This document shows positions 31,916-41,719 of a stretch of DNA of 64,000 bases, one piece after another. Position 1 is the stretch's first letter. Each line of letters opens with the position of its first letter. The DNA is from Blastocatellia bacterium (GTDB taxonomy: Bacteria > Acidobacteriota > Blastocatellia > UBA7656), in NCBI GenBank assembly GCA_963765495.1, contig CAVXWP010000001.1, positions 640,001 to 704,000 on the forward strand. The letters are read 5' to 3'. The position numbers were made by a program, and so were the translations under genes. The notes under the pieces are model-generated. The model was not told the DNA's origin and did not search any database. It saw only the letters and a program-made list of their open reading frames with translations.

Positions 31916-32734
31916 ATGATTGGGGAAGCGAGAAAAACCGGGAAGGTGTATTTGATCGGCGCGGGGCCGGGCGATCCGAAACTGCTTACGATCAAAGCGG
32001 CCGAATCAATCGCGGCAAGCGACACGATAGTCTACGATTACCTCGTAAACCCGGAAGTCCTCGTTCACGCGCGGCAGGGCGTGGAATTGATCTACGTTGG
32101 TAAACGCGCAGGCCAGCCTTCAATCTCGCAAGCGGAAATCAACACAATACTTATCGAGCGCGCCCGGTCGGGTCAGGTTGTGGCCCGGCTCAAAGGCGGC
32201 GACCCGTTCATCTTTGGGCGCGGCGGCGAAGAGGCCGAAGCCCTTGTTGAAGCAGGGATTGAATGGGAAGTCGTGCCGGGCATATCCTCGGGCGTAGCCG
32301 CCGCCGCCTATGCCGGAATCCCTCTCACACATCGGAGGTTCGCTTCGAGCGTCGCCTTTATCACGGGGCACGACGGACGCGGCAAACAGAGACAATCGGT
32401 TGACTGGATGAGCGCCGCACGCGCCGCCGATACCCTCGTGATCTTTATGTGCGCCGAGACGATTTCAAAAATCGCTCGTTCACTTATTATCGCGGGCCGA
32501 CTGCCTTCCACACCCCTCGCCATAATCAGATGGGGAACCTGCGAGCATCAGGAAGTCTACACCGCTACGCTCGACCAGATCGCGGCTCTGGATGAAATGT
32601 CGGGCGAAGCCGGCTTCCGCCTAGAACCGCCCGCTATCGCTATTGTGGGCGATGTAGTGTCGCTCAAGGACAAGTTGCACTGGTTTGGGCGCAGGGCATT
32701 CCAGCTTGCGACCGCGCAAACAGTTCAGGTCTAA
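31916..32734 (+). CDS. cobA: Uroporphyrinogen-III C-methyltransferase (siroheme synthesis, CysG methyltransferase module)
   Basis: [44 protein letters not shown]. Confidence 0.93.
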   Translation: MIGEARKTGKVYLIGAGPGDPKLLTIKAAESIAASDTIVYDYLVNPEVLVHARQGVELIYVGKRAGQPSISQAEINTILIERARSGQVVARLKGGDPFIFGRGGEEAEALVEAGIEWEVVPGISSGVAAAAYAGIPLTHRRFASSVAFITGHDGRGKQRQSVDWMSAARAADTLVIFMCAETISKIARSLIIAGRLPSTPLAIIRWGTCEHQEVYTATLDQIAALDEMSGEAGFRLEPPAIAIVGDVVSLKDKLHWFGRRAFQLATAQTVQV

Positions 32735-32747
32735 ACGGAGGAAACAG

Positions 32748-33479
32748 ATGGCACAAGCTGAACAGGAACTCATATCGCTTTCCTACGAACCGGGTCGTAT
32801 AAACTGGATAGAAACGGCCGCTGCTCAACTCGAAGATGCCTCGCCCGAAGAGATAATTCGCCGGGCTTACGAAGAGTTCGACGACCGCATCACGATAGCC
32901 ACGGGCTTTGGCGCTGAGGGCATCGCTCTCATAGATATGGCCGTAAAGATCAATCCTCGCCCCGATGTTTTCTTTCTCGATACCGGCTTTCTTTTCCCCG
33001 AAACTTATGAACTTCGCCGCAGGGTCGAAGCCCGTTACGGAATCGAGATACGCGCCTTTCAAACATCGCTCACGCCGGAAATCCAGGAAGAAGTGTACGG
33101 CCCGGCGCTCTGGTCGCGTGACCCTGATCTGTGCTGCCGACTCAGAAAGATCGAGCCTCTTAAAGAAGCGCTCACCGGGCGAAGCGCCTGGTTTACCGCC
33201 ATACGCAGAGATCAAACCGCTGCCCGCCAAAACGCTCGCGCCGTGGAGTGGGATCACCGCTGGCAGCTTGTTAAGGTCAACCCGTTTGTTCGATGGACAA
33301 AGCGCGAGGTGTGGAATTACATCGTGAAAAACGACGTGCCTTATAACCCTCTGCACGACGCGGGCTACCCGAGCATAGGCTGCACTCACTGCACTCGCGC
33401 AGTCCGAGCGGGCGAAGACGAGCGGGCAGGTCGATGGTCGGGCCGGGCAAAGACCGAGTGCGGGTTGCACGCCAGCTAG
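32748..33479 (+). CDS. cysH: APS/PAPS reductase, [4Fe-4S] type
   Basis: LDTGFLFPET, CC..RK..PL, GYPSIGCTHCT, R.GRW, ECGLH; SD GGAGG. Confidence 0.93.
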   Translation: MAQAEQELISLSYEPGRINWIETAAAQLEDASPEEIIRRAYEEFDDRITIATGFGAEGIALIDMAVKINPRPDVFFLDTGFLFPETYELRRRVEARYGIEIRAFQTSLTPEIQEEVYGPALWSRDPDLCCRLRKIEPLKEALTGRSAWFTAIRRDQTAARQNARAVEWDHRWQLVKVNPFVRWTKREVWNYIVKNDVPYNPLHDAGYPSIGCTHCTRAVRAGEDERAGRWSGRAKTECGLHAS

Positions 33480-33543
33480 CCTCTGGGATTTGAGATTTGA
33501 TTTCGAAAGAAGAGATTAAACAAAGAGGAGACGAATTTGAGCG

Positions 33544-34161
33544 ATGAGTAAAAAAGGGTTGGTAATCTGGCTGACGGGACTTTCGGGCGCGGGCAAGACT
33601 ACGATTGCCGAGGCGCTTTCAAAAGGCTTTCTAAATCGCGGATTGCGAGTCGAGATTCTCGACGGCGACGAGGTGAGAGAGAACCTCAGCCGGGGGCTTG
33701 GATTTTCAAAGGAGGACCGCGACACAAACGTCCTCCGTATAGGTTTCGTCGCGCGGCTGCTGGCACGCAATGGTGTTATTGTGCTCGCCTCAGCCATTTC
33801 GCCGTATCGGCAGTCGCGCGATGATGTACGCCGCATGGTTGAAAGCGATGGCGCATCTTTTGCCGAAATCTTTGTTCGCTGCCCAATTGATGTGCTCGTA
33901 GAGCGCGATGTTAAGGGGCTGTACAGGCGGGCGCTCGCGGGCGAAGTCAAGAACTTCACCGGCATAAGCGACCCTTACGAGGAACCGCTCGCGCCCGATT
34001 GCGTGGTCGATAGCTCCGCAGAAACCGTGGACGAGAGCGTGGCAAATCTCTTTTCGCATCTCGAGCAAACGGGCCTCGTCACAGGCCAACTCGCTCAGGC
34101 GGAACTGATCGCTTCCGTTGAGCCTGTAAATCGGCAAATCACTTTTGCCGCCGAGGGGTAA
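33544..34161 (+). CDS. cysC: Adenylyl-sulfate kinase
   Basis: WLTGLSGAGKTT, LDGDEVR..L..GLGFS.EDR, RDVKGLY, FTGISDPYEEP. Confidence 0.95.
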   Translation: MSKKGLVIWLTGLSGAGKTTIAEALSKGFLNRGLRVEILDGDEVRENLSRGLGFSKEDRDTNVLRIGFVARLLARNGVIVLASAISPYRQSRDDVRRMVESDGASFAEIFVRCPIDVLVERDVKGLYRRALAGEVKNFTGISDPYEEPLAPDCVVDSSAETVDESVANLFSHLEQTGLVTGQLAQAELIASVEPVNRQITFAAEG

Positions 34162-34164
34162 GTC

Positions 34165-35775
34165 ATGAATCGCATCGAAGAGATCAAGAAACATAAGGAC
34201 GGTCTCGATGTGCTGGCCGATGTTTATCGCTATGCCGAGACTGCCAACTCTGCCATTTCGCCTGACGATGAACAGTTGTTCAAGTGGTACGGCATATACA
34301 CGCAGCGACCGGCGGCGGACGGTTTTTTCATGGTGCGCATACGCATACCGGGCGGGAACCTCTCCCCCGCCCAGTTGCGCACCATCGCCGATCTGTCGGA
34401 CGAGTATGGTCGCGGGCTTGCCGATGTCACCGTAAGGCAAAATATTCAACTCCACTGGGTGAAGATCGAAAACATCCCCGACCTGCTCAAGCGTTTGGAC
34501 AGCGTAGGGATCACCACGACCGAAGCGTGCGGCGATTGCGTTCGCAATATACTGAACTGCCCCGTGTCGGGCGTGGACGCCGACGAATTGTACGACACTA
34601 CGCGCCTGGTCGAGCAGGTAAACGAATACTTTCTGGGCAATCGCGATTTTTCGAATCTGCCCCGCAAATTCAAGATCGCCATCACCGGATGCCCGGTTCG
34701 CTGCGTCTATCCCGAGATCAACGACATAGGTCTGTTTGCCGTGCGCGACCCTGAAAGCGGAGACGCGGTCTTTCGCGCCCGCATCGGCGGAGGGCTTTCG
34801 ACCACGCCGCGATTTTCGAAAGACCTCGGCGTTCTGGTCGAGCCCGGTGAGGTGGTTGATTTATGCGGAGCCGTGGCGACGGTCTTTCGCGATGAAGGCA
34901 ATCGAGAGAATCGCAAGCGGGCGCGGCTCAAATTCCTGATCGAGAAATGGGAAATCCCGCGCTTCCGCGACGCGGTAGAAGCGCATCTGGGCCGCAGGCT
35001 TCGCCGCGCGGCTACGCCCGAGGCCGAAGCCATACAAGAGCGTGACCGCTCGCATCTCGGCATCCACCGGCAGCGCGATGCGGGGTCGTCTTACATAGGC
35101 ATCTCCATTCTCGGAGGCCGCACATCGGGGCGCGAACTGAGAAGGCTGGCCGATCTTTCCGAAGAGTATGCGAGCGGTCGCATTCGGACTACGAACACGC
35201 AAAACATAATCCTGCTCGATGTAAGGGAAGAGAATCTGCCCGCGCTTGAACGGGAACTGGACCGCGACGGGGTTGGATACAAGCCTACGTGGTCGCGCAA
35301 GGCAATCATCGCGTGCACGGGCGTGCAGTTTTGCAAACTCGCCATAGCCGAGACAAAGAACCGCGCCGCCGAATTGAATGCTCAACTCGAACAGGCGGTT
35401 GATATGGATGACTCGGTTCGCATAAGCGTCACCGGATGCCCAAATTCATGCGGACAGCACCACATCTGCGACGTAGGTCTTGAAGGCGCGCTCACGACTA
35501 TCGACGGCGTGAAGCGCGAGACGTTTCAGGTATTTCTCGGCGGTGGCGTGGGAGAGCACGAAACCTTTGGCCGCCGGATAGGCGTGCGCGTGCTTTCTGA
35601 CGAACTCTCGGAATCGCTTGCACGATTGTTCACCCGCTATAAAGAAGATAGAAACGAAGGAGAGACGTTTCAGGAATTTTGCCTACGCCATAACAACGAG
35701 GAACTGGCGCAGTTTCTGGCCCGGCCCGCTCTGGCTGCCGGTGATGCCGCGCTGCGACGGCAACAGGAGATTTAG
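34165..35775 (+). CDS. sir: Ferredoxin-dependent sulfite/nitrite reductase (siroheme-[4Fe-4S])
   Basis: FMVRIRIPGG, LPRKFKIAITGC, ACTG..FCKLA, TGCPNSCGQH; sulfite specificity inferred from operon context. Confidence 0.85.
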   Translation: MNRIEEIKKHKDGLDVLADVYRYAETANSAISPDDEQLFKWYGIYTQRPAADGFFMVRIRIPGGNLSPAQLRTIADLSDEYGRGLADVTVRQNIQLHWVKIENIPDLLKRLDSVGITTTEACGDCVRNILNCPVSGVDADELYDTTRLVEQVNEYFLGNRDFSNLPRKFKIAITGCPVRCVYPEINDIGLFAVRDPESGDAVFRARIGGGLSTTPRFSKDLGVLVEPGEVVDLCGAVATVFRDEGNRENRKRARLKFLIEKWEIPRFRDAVEAHLGRRLRRAATPEAEAIQERDRSHLGIHRQRDAGSSYIGISILGGRTSGRELRRLADLSEEYASGRIRTTNTQNIILLDVREENLPALERELDRDGVGYKPTWSRKAIIACTGVQFCKLAIAETKNRAAELNAQLEQAVDMDDSVRISVTGCPNSCGQHHICDVGLEGALTTIDGVKRETFQVFLGGGVGEHETFGRRIGVRVLSDELSESLARLFTRYKEDRNEGETFQEFCLRHNNEELAQFLARPALAAGDAALRRQQEI

Positions 35776-35812
35776 ACAGGATTTACAGGATTATGAAGGA
35801 TTAAACAAGATT
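35775..35812 (+). repeat. ACAGGATT-family REP-like repeat (copies at ~41149, ~59878, partial ~18475)
   Basis: GACAGGATTTACAGGATTATGAAGGATTAAAC vs GACAGGATTAACAGGATTATGACGGATTAAAT at ~41149. Confidence 0.75.
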
Positions 35813-35836
35813 GCCGGTTGAGCCGGGCCGCATCGC

Positions 35837-35890
35837 TTATCAGGTGATAAGGATTAATTATTTGCCGCCGCCCGAAGTTCATGGTATCCC
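35837..35890 (+). promoter_or_regulatory. LysR-type operator overlapping the -35 of the putative leuA promoter
   Basis: TTATCAGGTGATAAGGATTAATTATTTGC, 26/29 identical to 59994-60022; ATAA-N7-TTAT dyad; TTGCCG-17-TATCCC. Confidence 0.7.
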
Positions 35891-35943
35891 CTAACAGGCC
35901 ATAAATTTTTCAAGATCACGAATTTCAAGAAAGGCTTGAACGA

Positions 35944-37518
35944 ATGTCTAACAGGGTAGCCATCTTCGATACCACGCTCAGAGACGGCGAGCAGTCGCCG
36001 GGTTGCAGCATGAATCTTGAAGAGAAACTGCGAATGGCTCATCAGCTTGAAGCGCTTGGGGTGGACATAATAGAAGCCGGTTTTCCAATCGCTTCGGAAG
36101 ACGATTTCGCGGCCGTGCGCCAGATCGCAGGTGAGTGCCGGAACACCCGGGTAGCCGCTCTTGCTCGCGCAACGCGTGAAGATATAACGCGAGCTTGGGA
36201 AGCGATCAGAGACGCCGCCCGCCCGCGCATCCACACGTTTCTCGCCACCTCTGATCTTCATCTCGAATATAAACTTAAGATCACCCGCCAGCAGGCGCTC
36301 GAACAAATCAGCAGCATGGTTGGGCTGGCCGCGGGCTTTACGGATGATGTGGAGTTTTCGCCCGAAGACGCTACGCGCACCGATCTCGAATTTCTTTGCG
36401 AAGCGGTTCGCGCGGCCATCCGAGCCGGGGCTACGACAATAAATATCCCGGACACCGTAGGCTACACCATCCCGCGAGAGTTCACACACATCATCAACAC
36501 TCTGCGCGAGCGCGTAGAAGAGATTGATCGGGTCACCATTTCCGTGCATTGCCACAACGATCTGGGGCTTGCGGTTGCAAATTCGCTTGCCGCTATCGAA
36601 GCGGGCGCGCGCCAGATCGAATGCACCATAAACGGCATAGGCGAGCGCGCGGGCAATGCTTCGCTTGAAGAGGCCGTGATGGCGCTCAGAGTGCGCGGCG
36701 ATCTCCTCCATTACGAAACCGGGATCAATACGGAAGAGATTCACCGCGCAAGCCAGTTGCTCTCAAACATCACGGGCATTCAGGTGCAGCCAAACAAGGC
36801 GATAGTGGGCCGCAACGCATTCGCGCACGAGGCGGGCATACATCAACACGGCGTGATACAAAACAGCCTGACCTATGAAATCATGCGGCCCGAAACGGTG
36901 GGCGCAAAACAGAGCACCCTCGTCTTGGGCAAGCACTCGGGTCGGCACGCGTTGCAGAAACGATTTGAGGAGATGGGCTATACGCTGTCGCGCCCCGACC
37001 TCGATAAGGCGTACAAGCTTTTTACAAAGCTGGCCGATCAAAAGAAAGAGATTTACGAAGAGGATCTGATAGTCATACTGCAAGACGGACTGCGCGAGAT
37101 ACCGGAGACTTTCAAACTCCGCTCCGTAGAAGCGATGGCCGGAACGTCGCCGACTTCCTGGGCCTCGGTCACGCTCGACCGCGACGGCCGACTGCTTTCG
37201 CATACGGGGAACGCGGGCGGGCCGGTGGCCGCCGTCTATTCAGTTATCGATTTTCTTACAGGTATGCGTGGGCGACTGGCTGATTACTCAGTGCATTCGG
37301 TCACACGTGGTAGCGATGCCGTGGGCGAGGTCTTCGCGCACGTGGAATTTGATGGTCGCGTATTCACAGGCCGCGCGGCCTCGACCGATGTTATAGAAGC
37401 CAGCGCCCGCGCTTATCTGCATGCTGTCAATAAAGCTGTGCACGCGCGCCGCCATCAGGCTGGTGAAGCCGGGCGCAAAGAATCACAGGCAAAAGCCTTC
37501 ACGGGAGCGGCGGATTGA
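35944..37518 (+). CDS. leuA: 2-isopropylmalate synthase
   Basis: [66 protein letters not shown], regulatory C-domain. Confidence 0.95.
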   Translation: MSNRVAIFDTTLRDGEQSPGCSMNLEEKLRMAHQLEALGVDIIEAGFPIASEDDFAAVRQIAGECRNTRVAALARATREDITRAWEAIRDAARPRIHTFLATSDLHLEYKLKITRQQALEQISSMVGLAAGFTDDVEFSPEDATRTDLEFLCEAVRAAIRAGATTINIPDTVGYTIPREFTHIINTLRERVEEIDRVTISVHCHNDLGLAVANSLAAIEAGARQIECTINGIGERAGNASLEEAVMALRVRGDLLHYETGINTEEIHRASQLLSNITGIQVQPNKAIVGRNAFAHEAGIHQHGVIQNSLTYEIMRPETVGAKQSTLVLGKHSGRHALQKRFEEMGYTLSRPDLDKAYKLFTKLADQKKEIYEEDLIVILQDGLREIPETFKLRSVEAMAGTSPTSWASVTLDRDGRLLSHTGNAGGPVAAVYSVIDFLTGMRGRLADYSVHSVTRGSDAVGEVFAHVEFDGRVFTGRAASTDVIEASARAYLHAVNKAVHARRHQAGEAGRKESQAKAFTGAAD

Positions 37519-37523
37519 AGCGT

Positions 37524-37679
37524 ATGAACGAATATTCACTTCCGAAATACCACCGTTCCTTAAAGCCGGCAGGAGGGCGCCGCTCTCCTGTCGCGCTCCT
37601 CACCAGCGCGCTTCCCGTACTCGCTAAATCGCTGCTCGTAGTCGTTATTAGCATTATTGTGCTCCGCAGCAGCGGATGA
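37524..37679 (+). CDS. Ile/Leu/Val-rich leader peptide MNEYSLPKYHRSLKPAGGRRSPVALLTSALPVLAKSLLVVVISIIVLRSSG
   Basis: Hand translation; LLVVVISIIVL (10 of 11 codons branched-chain) shortly before the stop; followed by a terminator and ilvB. Confidence 0.75.
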   Translation: MNEYSLPKYHRSLKPAGGRRSPVALLTSALPVLAKSLLVVVISIIVLRSSG

Positions 37680-37703
37680 GGGCCAGCGCATACAGGATAA
37701 AGC

Positions 37704-37748
37704 GAAGGCCATCATCCAAAGCCAAAGGATGATGGCCTTCTGGTTTTT
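37704..37748 (+). terminator. Attenuator terminator of the ilvB leader
   Basis: Perfect 14-bp stem GAAGGCCATCATCC / GGATGATGGCCTTC followed by TGGTTTTT. Confidence 0.8.
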
Positions 37749-37827
37749 AGCCCGGCAGGTAAAAGCCCTGAGATAGGAACTCTGAGATTGAAACTCTGAA
37801 CGAGACAGAAGAAAAAGAGGAAAACTT

Positions 37828-39573
37828 ATGACGATAACCAACGCGGCTCTCGGAGGACTCGAAGCTCAAGCCGTGCCCCAGACTATGCGCGGCGCGAGGA
37901 TATTGTGCGAAGCGCTCTTGCAAGAAGGCGTCGATACGATCTTCGGCTATCCGGGTGGCGCAGTGCTGCACATCTATGACGAGTTGTGGAAGATGCAGGA
38001 CCGGCTGAAACACATCCTGTCGCGTCACGAACAGGGCGCAGTCCACATGGCCGAAGGCTATGCCAAAGTGACCGGCAAAGTCGGTGTTGCGCTCGTCACA
38101 TCCGGCCCGGGCGCGACAAATGCCGTCACAGGCATCGCAAACGCGTTTCTGGATTCGACTCCGCTCGTAGTCATAACCGGCCAGGTCCCCAGAAAGATGA
38201 TTGGTAACGATGCCTTTCAGGAGGTCGATACCGTAGGCATCACTCGACCCTGCACAAAGTACAACTATCTGGTCGAAGACATTAATGATCTGGCTGAGAT
38301 AGTCAAAGAGGCGTTCCACATCGCGCGAACGGGCCGCCCCGGTCCCGTCGTCATCGACATCCCCAAGGATGTCACCGCTGAAACCGCTCCATTCGTTTAT
38401 CCCGAGCGCGTCCGACTTGCCAGTTATCGCCCCTCGATGCGCGGCGATGCCCGGCAGGTTATGCGCGCCGTCGATAAGATGTGTGAGGCTCGACGGCCCG
38501 TGCTTTACGTGGGCGGCGGGGTCATCCACTCAAACGGCGCGGAAGAATTGATCGCACTTGCCGAAAGGCTTTCGCTTCCCGTAACGCCTACGCTGATGGG
38601 GCTCGGGTGTTTCCCGGCAGGTCATCCGCTCTGTATGGGGATGCTTGGCATGCACGGCACCTACTGGGCAAACATGGCGATTTCAGAATCCGATCTGATA
38701 ATAGCCATAGGCGTTCGCTTTGATGATCGAGTCACGGGCGCGCTTGAAAAATTCGCGCCAGAGGCCGAAGTCATCCACGTCGATATCGATCAGAGTTCCA
38801 TAGACAAAAACCGCAGGGTACAGATTCCGATCACAGGCGATGCAAGAAGCGTGGTCGGGCAGATGCTCGAACTGTTGCCCGAAGCGGCGTGTCGGTCGAG
38901 CGCCGACCGTCTCGCCCCGTGGTGGGAGCAGATAGAGGAGTGGAAAGAGTATGCGCCGCTCACCTTTAAGAATTCGGATCAGGTGATAATGCCGCAATAC
39001 CTGATCCAGCAGCTTTACGATTTGACCGGAGGTGATGCGATCATCACTACCGACGTAGGCCAGCATCAGATGTGGCTCGCTCAATACTATCCGTTCAACT
39101 CGCCGCGACAGTCGGTTACATCGGGCGGGCTGGGCACGATGGGATTTGGCTTCCCGGCTGCCTTTGGCGCGCAGATGGCATTCCCGGACCGGCAGGTGAT
39201 CGCCTTTGTCGGCGACGGCGGATTTCAGATGACATCGCAGGAACTCGCCACCGCCGTGCAGTACAAATCAAACGTCAAGATAGTGATTATGAACAACAAC
39301 TATCTGGGCATGGTGCGCCAGTGGCAGGAGATTTTCTATGACCGGGTTTATGCCGCCGTCAACATGGAATGGCTGCCCGATTTCGTCAAACTCGCCGAAG
39401 CATACGGCGCGACGGGGCTTCGCGCAACCCGCCCCGATCAACTGCGCGGCGTGCTCGAACGCGGCCTTGCAACACCCGGCCCCGTCGTTATGGACATACT
39501 CGTGTCCGAAGAAGAAAACGTCTACCCGATGGTTCCCGCAGGAGCCGGGTTAAAGGAGATGGTGCTCGGATGA
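37828..39573 (+). CDS. ilvB: Acetolactate synthase large subunit
   Basis: [56 protein letters not shown]...[11 protein letters not shown]. Confidence 0.96.
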   Translation: MTITNAALGGLEAQAVPQTMRGARILCEALLQEGVDTIFGYPGGAVLHIYDELWKMQDRLKHILSRHEQGAVHMAEGYAKVTGKVGVALVTSGPGATNAVTGIANAFLDSTPLVVITGQVPRKMIGNDAFQEVDTVGITRPCTKYNYLVEDINDLAEIVKEAFHIARTGRPGPVVIDIPKDVTAETAPFVYPERVRLASYRPSMRGDARQVMRAVDKMCEARRPVLYVGGGVIHSNGAEELIALAERLSLPVTPTLMGLGCFPAGHPLCMGMLGMHGTYWANMAISESDLIIAIGVRFDDRVTGALEKFAPEAEVIHVDIDQSSIDKNRRVQIPITGDARSVVGQMLELLPEAACRSSADRLAPWWEQIEEWKEYAPLTFKNSDQVIMPQYLIQQLYDLTGGDAIITTDVGQHQMWLAQYYPFNSPRQSVTSGGLGTMGFGFPAAFGAQMAFPDRQVIAFVGDGGFQMTSQELATAVQYKSNVKIVIMNNNYLGMVRQWQEIFYDRVYAAVNMEWLPDFVKLAEAYGATGLRATRPDQLRGVLERGLATPGPVVMDILVSEEENVYPMVPAGAGLKEMVLG

Positions 39574-40115
39574 GACACACGCTTTCAATACTGGTTGAGA
39601 ATCGTTTTGGAGAGCTTTCGCGCATAATCGGGATGTTCAGCGCGCGGGGCTATAACGTGGAAAGCCTGACCGTGGCCGAGACTCTGGACCCTGACTTTTC
39701 GCGCATGACGCTTGTGACCACAGGCAACGATCAGACCATCGTGCAGATCACCCGGCAACTCAACAAACAGGTGCGAGTCGTTGAAGCCGTGGACATGACC
39801 GGCTTCAAGCACATCGAGCGCGAGATGGTCCTCATAAACGTGAGGGCCGAAGCGGGACCGGCTCGCCAGGAGGTCTTGAGCCTCGTCAACATCTTTCGCG
39901 CAAAGGTGGTTGATGTCTCAAACGACGGGATTATCGTCGAGGCTACAGGGGACTGGAACAAGGTGAGCGCCTTGATCGAACTGCTCAAGCCAATCGGCAT
40001 ACGGCAGATCGTGCGCACGGGAACCGTGGCAATAGCCAGGCTCGCAGAAAAAACAATCGAGCAAGACATCAATGAAGAAGAGATGGTATTTGCCGTAAAT
40101 TCGGAGGGAATATGA
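39570..40115 (+). CDS. ilvN: Acetolactate synthase small (regulatory) subunit
   Basis: [33 protein letters not shown] domain; ATGA overlap with the ilvB stop. Confidence 0.94.
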   Translation: MRHTLSILVENRFGELSRIIGMFSARGYNVESLTVAETLDPDFSRMTLVTTGNDQTIVQITRQLNKQVRVVEAVDMTGFKHIEREMVLINVRAEAGPARQEVLSLVNIFRAKVVDVSNDGIIVEATGDWNKVSALIELLKPIGIRQIVRTGTVAIARLAEKTIEQDINEEEMVFAVNSEGI

Positions 40116-41128
40116 AAGTTTATTACGACAGGGACGCTGATCTCGGCCTGCTGAAAAGGAAGAGAATCACCATCATAGGCTATGGCGCGCAAGGATATGC
40201 CCACGCGAACAATCTTAAGGATTCAGGCTTCGATGTGATCGTAGGTCTGAGACCTGATAGTCCTTCGCGCGCCAAGGCCGAATCTGCCGGACTGACAGTC
40301 GAGGACACGGGCGAAGCCGCCTTCAACGGCGACATAGTGATGATGCTTGTTCCCGACGAGCTTGCGCCAAAGATATACAAGGAAGAGATCGAGCCAAACC
40401 TGCTGCCGGGCAAATATCTCGCCTTCGCTCACGGCTTTTCGATCCACTTCAAAAAGATCGTCCCGCCCGAAGATGTAAACGTCTTTATGGTAGCGCCGAA
40501 AGCGCCGGGCCATCTCGAACGCTACGAGTTTACGCAGGGGCGAGGCGTTCCCTGTCTGCTTGCGGTCAATCAGGACCCTACGGGCGACACGCGCCAGATC
40601 GGGCTTGCATACGCATCGGGGATCGGCGGTGGGCGCGCAGGCATTCTTGAAACAACATTCAAGGAAGAGACCGAAACCGACCTGTTTGGCGAGCAGGCCG
40701 TGCTGTGCGGGGGATTGACTTCGCTGATACAGGCGGGATTCGAGACGCTTGTCGAGGCGGGTTATTCTCCTGAGATGGCCTATTTCGAATGCCTCCACGA
40801 GGTCAAGTTGATAGTCGATTTGATCTATGAGGGCGGCATCGCAAACATGCGCTACTCGGTGTCGAACACGGCCGAGTACGGAGATTTGACGCGAGGCCCC
40901 CGCTTGATTGACGACACCGTAAGATGGCGGATGAAACGCCTGCTTGAAGACATTCAATCGGGCGTATTTGCCGACGAATGGATGGCCGAGCACGAAGCGG
41001 GCAAGCCAAATTTCAAAGAGCTTGAACAAAAGGCGCGCACTCACCCGATAGAAGAAGTCGGCGAGCGACTGCGCGGCATGATGCCGTGGCTTTCGGAGAA
41101 GCGTCTTGTCGATAAGGCAAAGAATTAG
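40112..41128 (+). CDS. ilvC: Ketol-acid reductoisomerase
   Basis: [57 protein letters not shown]. Confidence 0.97.
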   Translation: MKVYYDRDADLGLLKRKRITIIGYGAQGYAHANNLKDSGFDVIVGLRPDSPSRAKAESAGLTVEDTGEAAFNGDIVMMLVPDELAPKIYKEEIEPNLLPGKYLAFAHGFSIHFKKIVPPEDVNVFMVAPKAPGHLERYEFTQGRGVPCLLAVNQDPTGDTRQIGLAYASGIGGGRAGILETTFKEETETDLFGEQAVLCGGLTSLIQAGFETLVEAGYSPEMAYFECLHEVKLIVDLIYEGGIANMRYSVSNTAEYGDLTRGPRLIDDTVRWRMKRLLEDIQSGVFADEWMAEHEAGKPNFKELEQKARTHPIEEVGERLRGMMPWLSEKRLVDKAKN

Positions 41129-41148
41129 CAGGAGAAATACAGGTTTTT

Positions 41149-41233
41149 GACAGGATTAACAGGATTATGACGGATTAAATGAGATTCTTCTTAATCAGGT
41201 TCAAGCCTCTGGAATCTTGTAAATCCTGTCAAA
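41149..41233. repeat. ACAGGATT-family palindrome
   Basis: GACAGGATTAACAGGATT ... AATCTTGTAAATCCTGTC. Confidence 0.7.
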
Positions 41234-41260
41234 AGATAATCGAATCAATACGGAGGAAGT

Positions 41261-41635
41261 ATGGGTTTTTATGATTGGGACAAGATGAAGCCGGAAGAGA
41301 TTACCGAGCTTTACACAAGAAAAGTTGCCACCGGAGACAACCTGACAGTTGCCAGAATCGAAGTCATGCAATGGGCCGTAACTCAGCCCCACCGCCACGA
41401 AAACGAAGAAGTCATCATGGTGCTCAAGGGGGCATGGCGCTTCTATTTACCCGATGGTGAGATCACGTTGTACCCGAACCAGATGCTCTCTATCCCGGCC
41501 GGGGTGGAGCATTCTTCCGAAGCGCTCGAAGACACCATAGCGATAGATATTTGCACGCCAACCCGGCGCGACTGGGTCTCGGGCGAAGACCGCTTCCTGC
41601 ATCGCAATCCCGATGATTTGCTTTGGGCGGTTTAG
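41261..41635 (+). CDS. Cupin domain protein
   Basis: PHRHENEE...VLKG and IPAGVEH cupin motifs; SD GGAGG. Confidence 0.88.
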   Translation: MGFYDWDKMKPEEITELYTRKVATGDNLTVARIEVMQWAVTQPHRHENEEVIMVLKGAWRFYLPDGEITLYPNQMLSIPAGVEHSSEALEDTIAIDICTPTRRDWVSGEDRFLHRNPDDLLWAV

Positions 41636-41636
41636 C

Positions 41637-41703
41637 GAGGGATGAGGGATGAGGGATGAGGGATGAAAAGGAAATAGCTAATTCTTTTCATCCTTCAATC
41701 TTC
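41637..41703. repeat. GAGGGAT heptamer tandem array with partial inverted arm
   Basis: (GAGGGAT)4 GAAAAG ... CTTTTCATCCTTC. Confidence 0.8.
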
Positions 41704-41719
41704 CAGAGGGGATACAAAT

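Noticed and set aside
35870-35944. Leu-codon leader peptides ahead of leuA (and ahead of leuC, 60050-60108)
   Set aside because: Short ORFs there have no Leu run and there is no terminator hairpin.
39369-39569. N-terminal extensions in the ORF track (ilvN, cysH, cobA, ilvE, cimA, TonB receptor, 26485 and 17648 ORFs)
   Set aside because: They overlap upstream genes or regulatory hairpins; downstream ATGs with SD or overlap coupling match the family N-termini.
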